Shown piece by piece: positions 36,598-45,195 of a stretch of DNA of 52,644 bases. Every line of letters begins with the position of its first letter. Within the stretch, counting starts at the first letter, position 1. A program made the translations under genes and the position numbers. Under the pieces are notes generated by a model. That model ran no database searches. It worked only from the letters and a program-made list of their open reading frames with translations, and was not told the origin of the DNA. Source of the stretch: Gemmatimonadaceae bacterium (lineage in GTDB: Bacteria; Gemmatimonadota; Gemmatimonadetes; Gemmatimonadales; Gemmatimonadaceae); assembly GCA_036375115.1 (NCBI GenBank), contig DASUSM010000297.1, positions 1 through 52,644 of the forward strand. Direction: 5' to 3'.

Positions 36598-38613
36598 TCA
36601 GAACGTGGTGATGGGCCCCCACTCGAAGATGCGCCAGGGGTCGACGCGAAGCGCCAACGGCTCGGTGCCATCGAGGAAGTACTCGGTGTAGCGGCGCTCG
36701 GGCGGCGTCTCCGCGCTCGCGACCTCCCCGGTCGCGCGGTCGAGCTCCGCGAGCACCAGGCCGGCGGGCGGCGCCCACTCGCCCGGCGTCCACCCGGCGT
36801 ACCAGCGCGCCATCATCTGGGCCCAGATCGGCGCCGCGAGCGAGCCGCCGCCTGCGCCGGGCATGATCGACCTGGGCTGGTCGAAGCCGAGCCAGACGCC
36901 GCCGACGAGATCGGGCGTCATGCCGACGAACCAGACGTCCGTGTTGTCGTTCGTCGTCCCCGTCTTGCCGGCGGCCGGGATCGTCGCCGGGAGCACGCGA
37001 CGGACGCTCTGCGCCGTGCCGCGCTCGACGACGTCGCGCATCATGTCCCGCACGATGAAGGCGACCCTCGGGTCGAGCGCCAGCTCGAGCCCCGTCGGCG
37101 GCGGCGTCCAGACAGTGCGCCCGAGACGGTCCTCAATGCGCGCGATGAACCGGGGCTCGACGCGGGAGCCGAGGTTGGCGAAGGCGGCATAGGCGGCGAC
37201 GAGATCCACCGGCCGCACCGCGGACGCGCCGATCGCGCTGGAGGGATACGGCGCGATCTCCGAGTCGAGGCCGAGCCGCCGCGCCATGGCGATGACGCTG
37301 TCCATCCCGAGCCCGAGCGCGAGCTCGACGGCGACGGGGTTGCGCGAGCGGGTGAGCGCGTCGCGCACCGTGAGCGGGCCGAGGAAGTTCCCGTCCGAGT
37401 TCTCCGGGCTGTAGACCTCCCCGTTGTCGAGTGGGATGGCGAGCGCGGTGTCGAAGACGAGCGCGTTCGCCGCGAGGCTGTCGGCCACCGCGGCGGCGTA
37501 GACGATCGGCTTGAACGCGGAGCCGGGCTGGCGCAACGCGTTCACGGCACGGTTGAAGGGCGACGCCTCGTAGTTGCGACCGCCGACGAGGGCGCGCACC
37601 TCGCCGGTGAAGGGGTCCATCGCGACGACCGCGCCCTGGAGGTAGTCGCTGCGGCCGGATGTGCGCTGCGCGTAGGTCGGGTGGCGCCAGCCCGGCCGCA
37701 TCTCGAGGGCCGCCGTCCCTTCGACGAGCGCGACCGTCGCCGCGTTCTGGAGCACGGGATCGAGCGTCGTGTGGATGCGGAAGCCGCCGTTCTCGATCGG
37801 CACGCCGGCGCGCTCCGCCTGCTGGCGCACGACGTCCACGAAGTACGGCGAGTGCGCCGACATCCCCGCGTTCGGGGCGAGGCGGAGCGGCTGGCGGCGC
37901 GCGGCATCGGCCTCGGCGCGCGTGATGTACCTCTGGTCCGCCATCAGCGAGAGCACGGTGTTGCGCCGCTCGATCGCGCGCTTCGGGTGGCGGATCGGAT
38001 CGAAGATCGCCGGCCCCTTCGGGAGCGCGGCCAGCGTCGCGGCCTCGGCGAGCGTGAGCTGCGAGGCGCGCTTGCCGAAGTAGTGGCGGCTCGCCGCCTC
38101 GACGCCGTACCAGCCGTGTCCGAAGTTGATCTGGTTGAGGTACGCCTCGAGGATCTGGTCCTTCGTGTAGTGCTTCTCCATCTCCCGCGCGGCGGCCTGC
38201 TCGCGGAGCTTCCGGTCGAGGCTCCGGTCGCGCCGATCGATGATGTCGGGGTGCATGTTCCCGACGAGCTGCTGCGTGATCGTGCTCGCGCCGCGCGGGT
38301 CCCCCGTGACCGCGTCCTTCAGCGCGCCGAGCACGCCGACGACGTCCACCCCGTCGTGCTGGTAGAACCGCTGGTCCTCGACGGCGACGAACGCCTGCGG
38401 CAGGTACTTCGGGAGCGTCCGGATGGAGACGCTCGTCCGCCATTCCCTGCCGATCTCGCCGATGAGCGAGCCGTCCGCCGCATAGACGAGCGACGACTGT
38501 GGCGGCTGGACGAGGCGCCAGGGCTCGTCGCCCTGCTGCGCCCCGAGCGGGAGGGCAGGAGAGGCGAGAAGAACGAGGAGAGCGGAGCCGTTGGCGAGGA
38601 GACGTCGGACCAT
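36598..38613 (-). CDS. class A penicillin-binding protein (transglycosylase/transpeptidase, PBP1A-like)
   Basis: ORF 36598..38646(-). GT51 blocks are EDQRFYQHDGVD and GASTITQQL. Transpeptidase blocks are SAFKP (SxxK), SRN and KTGTT. The start is ATG 38613 (MVRRLLANGSALLVLL..., a TM anchor) or GTG 38646. Confidence 0.9.
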   Translation of the reverse strand: MVRRLLANGSALLVLLASPALPLGAQQGDEPWRLVQPPQSSLVYAADGSLIGEIGREWRTSVSIRTLPKYLPQAFVAVEDQRFYQHDGVDVVGVLGALKDAVTGDPRGASTITQQLVGNMHPDIIDRRDRSLDRKLREQAAAREMEKHYTKDQILEAYLNQINFGHGWYGVEAASRHYFGKRASQLTLAEAATLAALPKGPAIFDPIRHPKRAIERRNTVLSLMADQRYITRAEADAARRQPLRLAPNAGMSAHSPYFVDVVRQQAERAGVPIENGGFRIHTTLDPVLQNAATVALVEGTAALEMRPGWRHPTYAQRTSGRSDYLQGAVVAMDPFTGEVRALVGGRNYEASPFNRAVNALRQPGSAFKPIVYAAAVADSLAANALVFDTALAIPLDNGEVYSPENSDGNFLGPLTVRDALTRSRNPVAVELALGLGMDSVIAMARRLGLDSEIAPYPSSAIGASAVRPVDLVAAYAAFANLGSRVEPRFIARIEDRLGRTVWTPPPTGLELALDPRVAFIVRDMMRDVVERGTAQSVRRVLPATIPAAGKTGTTNDNTDVWFVGMTPDLVGGVWLGFDQPRSIMPGAGGGSLAAPIWAQMMARWYAGWTPGEWAPPAGLVLAELDRATGEVASAETPPERRYTEYFLDGTEPLALRVDPWRIFEWGPITTF

Positions 38614-38679
38614 CGAGGGCGCGGTTCTGGGACCGAGGTCGTACACGGGGGCCGGCGGAAAGATACCTGGAAAGGCCCA

Positions 38680-38768
38680 GGGATCAGGGGCAGGGTCGGG
38701 GTCGGGTCAGGTCCTGCCTCTGGGGGCTTCGAGCGCCGTCCCCGACCCTGACCCCGTCCCCGATCCTG
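38680..38768. repeat. G-tract/C-tract inverted-repeat element (GGGGTC/GGGTCA units), same family as 27343-27407
   Basis: GGGGCAGGGTCGGGG (38687-38701) pairs with CCCCGACCCTGACCCC (38740-38755): 15 bp with a 1-nt bulge. The outer GGATC/GATCC arms add to it. It shares GGGTCGGGGTC and CTGACCCCG with the 27.3-kb copy. It sits in the divergent PBP1A/nadE intergenic region. Confidence 0.75.
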
Positions 38769-38809
38769 TCACCCGAGCCGTTGCCTTCCCGACATCGTAT
38801 CTTACCCCC

Positions 38810-40663
38810 ATGCCCCGAACCGTCCACCTCGCCATCGCCCAGTTCCGGCCGCGGAAGGGCGACTACGCGGCGAATCTCGCGCGGCTCGAGGAGTTCTTCC
38901 GCCGCGCCGACGCGCTCTCGCCGCGGCCGAGCGTGCTGCATCTCGCCGAGACCGCGCTCACCGGCTACTTCGTCGAGGGCGCCGTCCGGGAGCTGGCGAT
39001 GACGGCGGGCGCGCTCGTCGAGGATCTCGCCGCGGCGTGGCGTCGCGCCGTCCCGCACGGCGACCCGATCGACCTCGTCGTCGGCTTCTACGAGGAGTGG
39101 GAGCACCGGCTCTACAACAGCGCGCTCTACGTGACACTCGGCGCGGGCGAGCCGATCGTGCGCCACGTGCACCGCAAGATGTTCCTCCCCACCTACGGCA
39201 TGTTCGACGAGGAGCGCTTCGTCGAGCGCGGGCGCGAGGTGCGCGCCTTCGAGACATCGTGGGGGCGGGCGGCGATGCTCGTGTGCGAGGACGCCTGGCA
39301 CTCGCTGACGGGGACGCTCGCCGCGCTCGACGGCGCCGAGGTCGTCTTCCTCTGCGCGGCGGCGCCGTCGCGCGGCCCGCAGGGCGATCCGGGCGGGACG
39401 CCCGGGCCGGCGAACCTCGCGCGCTGGGAGCGCCTCGTACGCGACATCGCCGACGAGCACGGGATCTTCGTCTCGCTCGCGCACCTCGTCGGCACCGAGG
39501 GCGGGAAGACGTTCGCCGGCGGCTCGGCGATCGTCGGGCCGAAGGGGGAGCTCCGGGCCCGCGGGCCGCTCTGGGAGGAGGCGATCGTCGTCGCCGGCGC
39601 CTCGCTCGCCGACATCGGGCGCGCGCGCGCGGACATGCCGCTGATCGCCGACCTCGAGACGATGATGCCGCACCTCGTGCGGACGCTCGAGCGGATCGAG
39701 CGGCGCGCGGCGCCGGTGCTCGCCTACGACTCCGCGGCGGCGACGCCGGATGCGCCCGCCGCGAGCGCGACCGCGGGCGCCGATGCCGGCCGCCTCGGCG
39801 GCGACGGCCGGATCGCGGTCGTCAGCGTCGGCGCCGTGGAGTGCGGCGGTCCGCCGACGCTCGAGATCGACCCCGTCCTGACGACGGAGTGGCTCTGCCG
39901 CTTCATCCGCGACGAGGTGGGAGCGCGCGGCTTCGCGAAGGCGATCGTCGGCGTCTCCGGCGGCGTGGACTCGGCCGTCACCGCCGCGCTCGCGGCGCGC
40001 GCGCTCGGGCCGGAGAACGTCCTCGCCGTGCGCATGCCCTACCGCACGTCGAGCCCCGAGAGCCTCGCCCACGGCGCGCTCGTCTGCGAGATGCTCGGCG
40101 TCGAGGAGCGCACCGTGGACATCACCGGCGCCGTGGATGGCTATCTCGCGCTGGAGCCCGGCGCCGACGACGGTCGGAGGGGAAACGTCATGGCGCGCAT
40201 GCGCATGATCGTGCTGTTCGACCTGTCGGCGAAGCACCGCGCGCTGCCGCTGGGCACCGGGAACAAGAGCGAGCGGCTCTTCGGCTACTTCACCTGGCAC
40301 GCCGACGACACGCCGCCGGTGAACCCGCTCGGCGACCTGTTCAAGACCCAGGTCCTCGCGCTCGCGCGGCACCTCGGCATCGCCGAGGCGATCGTCGCGA
40401 AGCCGCCGACCGCGGACCTCGTCGCCGGCCAGACGGACGAGGGAGATTTCGGCATCACGTACGAGCGCGCGGACCGGATCCTCAACTGGATCCTCGCCGG
40501 TTATGCCGACGTCGAGCTGCGCCGCCGGGGATTCGACGAGCGCGAGATCGACCTCGTGCGCCGGCGGCTCGAGGGGACGCACTGGAAGCGGCGGCTCCCG
40601 ACGGTGGCCATGGTCAGCAATTCGGCGATCGGGGAGTCCTACCTGAGGCCGGTGGACTACTGA
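38810..40663 (+). CDS. nadE: glutamine-dependent NAD+ synthetase (CN-hydrolase domain + NAD synthetase domain)
   Basis: ORF 38591..40663(+) from ATG 38810 (MPRTVHLAIAQF...). The nitrilase-type catalytic Cys block is MLVCEDAWH and the ATP pyrophosphatase P-loop is GVSGGVDSAV. Confidence 0.9.
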   Translation: MPRTVHLAIAQFRPRKGDYAANLARLEEFFRRADALSPRPSVLHLAETALTGYFVEGAVRELAMTAGALVEDLAAAWRRAVPHGDPIDLVVGFYEEWEHRLYNSALYVTLGAGEPIVRHVHRKMFLPTYGMFDEERFVERGREVRAFETSWGRAAMLVCEDAWHSLTGTLAALDGAEVVFLCAAAPSRGPQGDPGGTPGPANLARWERLVRDIADEHGIFVSLAHLVGTEGGKTFAGGSAIVGPKGELRARGPLWEEAIVVAGASLADIGRARADMPLIADLETMMPHLVRTLERIERRAAPVLAYDSAAATPDAPAASATAGADAGRLGGDGRIAVVSVGAVECGGPPTLEIDPVLTTEWLCRFIRDEVGARGFAKAIVGVSGGVDSAVTAALAARALGPENVLAVRMPYRTSSPESLAHGALVCEMLGVEERTVDITGAVDGYLALEPGADDGRRGNVMARMRMIVLFDLSAKHRALPLGTGNKSERLFGYFTWHADDTPPVNPLGDLFKTQVLALARHLGIAEAIVAKPPTADLVAGQTDEGDFGITYERADRILNWILAGYADVELRRRGFDEREIDLVRRRLEGTHWKRRLPTVAMVSNSAIGESYLRPVDY

Positions 40664-40743
40664 GCGGAAACCCGCGCCTTCTCCCGGTCGTCCAGAGAGG
40701 TCCGTCGCTCGTCCCCGTGCGTCCCCACTCCGTCCCGCCTCGC

Positions 40744-41370
40744 ATGTCCGCCACGTCGCTCCTCCGTCCGGTCCGCGCTTGCCTCCTCGGCGCGGCCGCC
40801 GTCGTTCTCGTCACCGGCTCCGCCGCCGCCCAGTCGAGCGCGGACGAACAGGCCGTCGCCGCCTACCGCCTGACCATGCCCGCACTGAAGAAGGCCGGAC
40901 AGGCGACGGAGCGGATGCTCGAGCTCGTGCTGCGCGACGAGGGGCTCGCGCGGGAGCTCGAGACGCTCGCCGAGGAGGAGGACGAGGAGTCCGACCAGTC
41001 GATCTCGGACATCGTCGCCGCCTACGAGCGGATGCCGAAGCTCAAGGGGGCGATCACCGGGACCGGGCTCACCGTTCGCGAGTTCGTCGTGATGCAGCTC
41101 GCGATGCTCCAGTCGGCGCTCGTCGTCGCCTTCCAGGACGCGGAGAACACGGGGAAGGAGATCACGATCCCGCCGGGGATCTCGAAGGAGAATGTCGCGT
41201 TCGTGCGCGCGAACTGGGACGAGCTCCAGCGCATGAGCCGGCGCACGCAGGCGCTGCAGGAGGAGCTCGAGGCGCGCGCGCGCGCCGCGAACGGCGGCGG
41301 CGAGATGGACGAGTCGTCTGACGAGGAGGAGGGCGCCGGGGAGCCCGAGGAGGCGCCGGCGCTCCGCTGA
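40744..41370 (+). CDS. secreted hypothetical protein with acidic C-terminus
   Basis: This is the tail of ORF 39037..41370(+) from ATG 40744. The signal peptide is MSATSLLRPVRACLLGAAAVVLVTGSAAAQ. Third-position G/C is high. No family is assigned. Confidence 0.6.
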   Translation: MSATSLLRPVRACLLGAAAVVLVTGSAAAQSSADEQAVAAYRLTMPALKKAGQATERMLELVLRDEGLARELETLAEEEDEESDQSISDIVAAYERMPKLKGAITGTGLTVREFVVMQLAMLQSALVVAFQDAENTGKEITIPPGISKENVAFVRANWDELQRMSRRTQALQEELEARARAANGGGEMDESSDEEEGAGEPEEAPALR

Positions 41371-41377
41371 CCGACCG

Positions 41378-41406
41378 GTCCCGGCGCCGCGGCGCGGCGC
41401 CGGGAC
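41378..41406. terminator. perfect GC hairpin between convergent genes (candidate bidirectional terminator)
   Basis: GTCCCGGCGCC-GCGGCGC-GGCGCCGGGAC is an 11-bp perfect stem. It lies 8 nt after the 40744..41370 stop and 7 nt after the 41413 stop on the other strand. There is no U-tract. Confidence 0.5.
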
Positions 41407-41412
41407 TTCGCC

Positions 41413-43947
41413 TCAGGGGGCCTGCTCCGTCCAGAGAAGGATGACGGCGCAGGCCCTTTCGCCGCCGTTGAGGTCCACCGGCGCGGTCGTGGAGCGCGAG
41501 AAGACCTCGACGCCCGCGAGGTTGCGCGGGTGCAGCGACGGGACGTCGTGCGCGGGGAGCAGCCGTCCGTCGAGATAGAACGTCGGCACGCAGATGCTGA
41601 AGCCGCGGTTCATGACGACGACCCACGGCGACCAGTGCCCGTCGGGGAGGAGCTGCGGCGCGGGCAGCGGCGGCGGCGGGGGCATGACGATGCGCAGGCC
41701 GGGCACGGCCTCGAAGACCGATCGCAGCTGCGGATGCCGGTGGATCTCCTCGCGGAAGATCTGCCGGCCCAGCCCCTTCTCGTGGCGCTCCTCCATCTGC
41801 GTGAGCCGCCAGGACGGCCGGTCGCGCGGCGCCTCGACGACGACCTCCTCGAGGATCGGCGCGCGCACGAGGCGGAAGCCGACGCGCGTCGTGTCGCTGT
41901 TCCGCAGCGTGACGGCGCGCCGGAGCGGCGCGTGGCCGATCTGCCGCACCTCGATCGTCTGCGTCCCCGCGGGAAGGCCGGCGAGGACGAAGCGGCCGGC
42001 GCTGTCGGTGCGCCCCTCGGCGAGCGCGCCCACGACCTCGACGATCGCGTCGGGGAGCGGCGCGCCGGCGCTGTCGCGCACGCTCCCCGCGACGATCGCC
42101 CGCCCGACGCCGAGCGTCGTGCTGTCGGCGAGCGCGAGCGCGAAGTCGCGGCGGACCATCCGGCGCGCGCCGAGCGCCGCATCGACCGGTCCGCTGGCGA
42201 GCCGGCCGCCGAACGCCTGGACGGTGAGCGAACGCTCCGCGGGAACGCCGCAGAGCCGGTAGGCGCCGCGCTCGTCGCTCAGCGCCTCCAGCCGGCGGTG
42301 CTCGACGCGCACCGACGCGCGGCCGCGCGAGGGCGCCTCGACGATCTCGGTCCAGGAAACGAGGACGACGGCGTTCCCGACGAGCGCGCGGTCGTCGGCG
42401 TCGCGCACGATGCCGTGCACGACGCCACGCCCGTCGTCGCGCGTGCCGCACCATGCGTCCGCGCTCGTCGCCGGCGGCACCGCGAGCGCCGCGCGCGCGG
42501 TGGCGCCGGGCCGCACGAGCAGGACGCGGGGCGTCGGCGCGATGCCCGCGCTGTCGAGGTCGGCGCGCGTCACCTCGACGAGCCAGTGACCGGGCGGCAC
42601 CGAGTCGAGCGCGAACCGGCCCGCGGCGTCCACGAGCGTCACGAGCTGGTCCCGATGCGTCTCGGCGACGGCGGCCGCGCCGTCGTGGTCGACGAGCACG
42701 GCGAGCGACTCCGGCGCGAGCCCGGCGCCGAGGGGAAGCGGCCAGAGCGTGGCGAGCGCCCCTTCGAGCGGCGCACCGGCGGCATCGTCGCGCGCCGTGC
42801 CGACGACGCGGCCCGGCGCGATCTCGCGCAGATACGCCGCGACGAGCGGGGCGGGCGTCGCACCATCCGCGGGGAGCGTGACGCCGCCGACCTCGTCGTA
42901 GCCGCGCAGCTGCACGGCGCCGATGTTGAACGGCCGCGCGACCTGGACGAGGCGCGGCATGCGCATCCGCCAGGCGGCGACGACCCATGCGCCGCTGGGG
43001 AGGCGCTCGAAGACGATTTGTCCGCCGGTGCGACCGGGACCGCGCGCCGCGCGGGGGAGGTCCGGATCGACGTGCCAGAAGTCGAGGTGGCGCAGCTCGG
43101 CCGTCGCGGAGTCCGCCCAGAGCACGCCCTCGATCTCGGGGACGCGGCGCGCCCGCGCCGGCGCGAAGTGGACGCCGACGAGCCCTGCCGTCGGGCCGCG
43201 GCCGACGACGACGCCGAAGCAGTGGTCGCGCCAGAACTCGTCGGAGAGGAGGACCCGCTCGTCGGGGGCGAAGAAGTCGGTGATGCCCGCGCGGCGGCGG
43301 ACGTAGCCGAGGTGAGAGAGCTCGGCTGGCTCGCGCGCGTGGAAGGGCCGGGTCTCCGACCGCCACGCCGGTCCGACGGCGATGTCGAGGAGCCCGCCGT
43401 CCGCGTCGAGTCGCCGCTCGAACGAGCGCGCGGCGACGGCGGGCGCGCCGTCGCGCCGCGTCAGCTCGCCGACGAGAAGCGCCGTGCTGATCTGGTCCCA
43501 GAGCGTCGCCAGGCGCGGCACGCCCCGCGCGGACCGGTCGTCGCCGCGGATGCGGCAGTGCGGCGCGGCCTCGGTGGTGACGGCGGAGAGGACGACGTGG
43601 CGCGGGGGCACCCGCAACTGCACGTCGACCGTGTCTCCGGCGCCGACGACGATCGCGTGCGACGTGAAGGGCCGGTAGCCGATGCGCCGCACGAGGATGC
43701 GATAGCGTCCGGGCGCGGCGAGCCGAATCAACCCGCGTCCGTCGGGCGACGTCACCCCCTCGCCGGCGGTCCGCCCCGCGCCGTCGAGCGCGGACGCGAG
43801 GGCGCCGGCGAGCGGCGTCCCCGTCCCCTCCTCCGCGATGCGCACGCGCAGCGCCTGCGCCGCGAGCGCGCGGGGCGCGGCGAGCGCGTCCGCGAGCAGA
43901 AGCACGACGGAGAGCACGAGGGGAAGCGCGCGCCGGCGCGTCGTCAT
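41413..43947 (-). CDS. carboxypeptidase-regulatory-like (CarboxypepD_reg) repeat protein with C-terminal TonB-plug-like domain
   Basis: ORF 41413..43947(-) with an ATG start and a signal peptide. It has repeated blocks such as G.V.D...G.PL.GA.V......T.SDG.F.L..LP.G.Y...V..IGY, for example VRIAEEGTGTPLAGA...SPDGRGLIRLAAPGRYRILVRRIGY and GSVRDSAGAPLPDAIVEV...TDSAGRFVLAGLPAGTQTIEVRQIGH. No beta-barrel follows the plug-like C-terminus. Confidence 0.75.
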   Translation of the reverse strand: MTTRRRALPLVLSVVLLLADALAAPRALAAQALRVRIAEEGTGTPLAGALASALDGAGRTAGEGVTSPDGRGLIRLAAPGRYRILVRRIGYRPFTSHAIVVGAGDTVDVQLRVPPRHVVLSAVTTEAAPHCRIRGDDRSARGVPRLATLWDQISTALLVGELTRRDGAPAVAARSFERRLDADGGLLDIAVGPAWRSETRPFHAREPAELSHLGYVRRRAGITDFFAPDERVLLSDEFWRDHCFGVVVGRGPTAGLVGVHFAPARARRVPEIEGVLWADSATAELRHLDFWHVDPDLPRAARGPGRTGGQIVFERLPSGAWVVAAWRMRMPRLVQVARPFNIGAVQLRGYDEVGGVTLPADGATPAPLVAAYLREIAPGRVVGTARDDAAGAPLEGALATLWPLPLGAGLAPESLAVLVDHDGAAAVAETHRDQLVTLVDAAGRFALDSVPPGHWLVEVTRADLDSAGIAPTPRVLLVRPGATARAALAVPPATSADAWCGTRDDGRGVVHGIVRDADDRALVGNAVVLVSWTEIVEAPSRGRASVRVEHRRLEALSDERGAYRLCGVPAERSLTVQAFGGRLASGPVDAALGARRMVRRDFALALADSTTLGVGRAIVAGSVRDSAGAPLPDAIVEVVGALAEGRTDSAGRFVLAGLPAGTQTIEVRQIGHAPLRRAVTLRNSDTTRVGFRLVRAPILEEVVVEAPRDRPSWRLTQMEERHEKGLGRQIFREEIHRHPQLRSVFEAVPGLRIVMPPPPPLPAPQLLPDGHWSPWVVVMNRGFSICVPTFYLDGRLLPAHDVPSLHPRNLAGVEVFSRSTTAPVDLNGGERACAVILLWTEQAP

Positions 43948-44027
43948 CCCCTAGCATGTGGAACGAGGCGCGAGACGTCCAGAACCGGGGGCGTGCGCTC
44001 CCCGGCCCGGCGCGAGCCGACCCGCCC

Positions 44028-44432
44028 TCAGGCCACCTTCGCGAAGGCGAGACTCACCGCGCGGCGCGCGCCGCGCTTGAGCGCGCGGTGCACCGTACGG
44101 GCATAGCGGATGAAGTTGGCCCCCGCCCAGGGGAAGCGCATGAAGAACTCGTGCGGGAGGAGGTCGCCCTTGAGACGGTTGCAGGCGCCGCACGCGGCGA
44201 CGACGTTGCCCGGCGCGTGCGCGCCGCCCTTGGAGACCGGGAAGACGTGGTCCAGCGTCGCCGTTTCGAGGCTGAGTGGATTGCCGCAGTACACGCAGCG
44301 GCGGCCGCAGTCGCGGAAGGAGGCCCGCTTGATCGCGCGCTTCGTCATCGCGGAGAGGACGCGGTCGCGGGGGCGCGAGAGCCCGCGGGCGCGAGGCAGG
44401 AGAGTACGGCTGAGGCTCGAACGACGCGGCAT
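44028..44432 (-). CDS. small HNH endonuclease
   Basis: ORF 44028..44435(-). The motifs are CVYCG...LDHVFPVSKGG....NVVAACGACNRLK (CxxC pairs plus the H-N-N core). ATG 44432 is preceded by GAGG. An alternative ATG lies at 44348. Confidence 0.8.
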   Translation of the reverse strand: MPRRSSLSRTLLPRARGLSRPRDRVLSAMTKRAIKRASFRDCGRRCVYCGNPLSLETATLDHVFPVSKGGAHAPGNVVAACGACNRLKGDLLPHEFFMRFPWAGANFIRYARTVHRALKRGARRAVSLAFAKVA

Positions 44433-44444
44433 CACACCTCGCTA

Positions 44445-44490
44445 GGAAAAGACGACACCCCGCCACGGACCGTCGGCCCGTGCGGGGTGT
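44445..44490 (-). terminator. intrinsic terminator (13-bp stem, one bulge, U4 tract)
   Basis: The minus-strand RNA is ACACCCCGCACGG-GCCGACGGU-CCGUGGCGGGGUGU followed by CGUCUUUUCC. The T-run is present only in the minus orientation. It ends 14 nt before the HNH ATG and lies ~165 nt after the HIT stop. Confidence 0.7.
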
Positions 44491-44654
44491 TGGCGAAGAA
44501 GCGAGCGAAGATTCGTGCGAAGCAACGAGGAGAAACGCATCTCCCTCCGGAAGGTCATCCGGCGCCGGCGAGGTGCAGTCCGGCGGGCACGGCGGTATTC
44601 ATGCGACGCGCGGGCGCGTTGCGCAAGTGCATCGCGCTACCATCCGTGCGACGA

Positions 44655-45137
44655 CTAGTCCGCCGCGACGTAACGCGACTCGGCCGGGATGCTGGCGAGG
44701 GGATCGGTCGTGCCGGCGATGATGCGGGCCGCCATCGCGTCGAGGAAGGTCCGGTCCGGCAGCGCCGAGCCCGGGAAGGGGAGCGGGATCTCGAAGCCAT
44801 CCCCCGTGTGCCGCGGGATCAGGTGGACGTGATAATGGAACACGTCCTGGCCCGCGGCGGCGCCGCTGTTCACCACGATGTTCATCCCCTCGGCGTTGCT
44901 CACGCGCCTCACCGTGGGGCCGAGACGCATCGCCACGTCGAAGAGGTGCATCGCCATCTCGCGCGGGATGTCCACGAGCGACTCGTAGTGCGCGCGCGGC
45001 ACGACGAGCACGTGCCCGGGGGCCACCGGCTGGATGTCCATGAAGGCGATCGCGTCTCGGTCCTCGTAGCAGACCGAGACCTCTGCGGCCCCATGGATCA
45101 GGTCGCAGAAGATGCAGTGGCGGGTGGTGTCGGGCAT
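44655..45137 (-). CDS. HIT (histidine triad) family hydrolase
   Basis: ORF 44655..45137(-) with an ATG start. It has the histidine triad HYHVHLIP and an N-terminal CIFC zinc-binding-like motif. Confidence 0.88.
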   Translation of the reverse strand: MPDTTRHCIFCDLIHGAAEVSVCYEDRDAIAFMDIQPVAPGHVLVVPRAHYESLVDIPREMAMHLFDVAMRLGPTVRRVSNAEGMNIVVNSGAAAGQDVFHYHVHLIPRHTGDGFEIPLPFPGSALPDRTFLDAMAARIIAGTTDPLASIPAESRYVAAD

Positions 45138-45195
45138 CGATCCTCGCGGGCGGAGTGAGCGGCGTCGCCGACGAGGAACGCATGACCGGTGCCAC

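Noticed and set aside
41162-44106. 931-aa (-) and 858-aa (41530..44106 +) ORFs
   Set aside because: These are shadow frames of the CarboxypepD_reg gene and have Arg/Ala-rich junk composition.
44028-44432. HNH gene as a marker of a mobile element, restriction system or defence island
   Set aside because: No methyltransferase, integrase, transposase or other defence gene is adjacent. GC content and codon bias match the surroundings. A lone HNH gene is insufficient evidence.
44546-44554. TCCGGAAGG resembling the SRP (4.5S) RNA domain IV core
   Set aside because: The flanking conserved positions (GGUCAGGUCCGGAAGGAAGCAGC) are absent on either strand. It is a chance match in GC-rich sequence.
44491-44654. 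Small ORFs in the HIT-HNH spacer (25 aa MHLRNAPARRMNTAVPAGLHLAGAG; 38 aa MTFRREMRFSS...)
   Set aside because: Neither has a Shine-Dalgarno sequence. The third-position bias is weak or mixed and there is no family resemblance. I regard the spacer as more likely noncoding.
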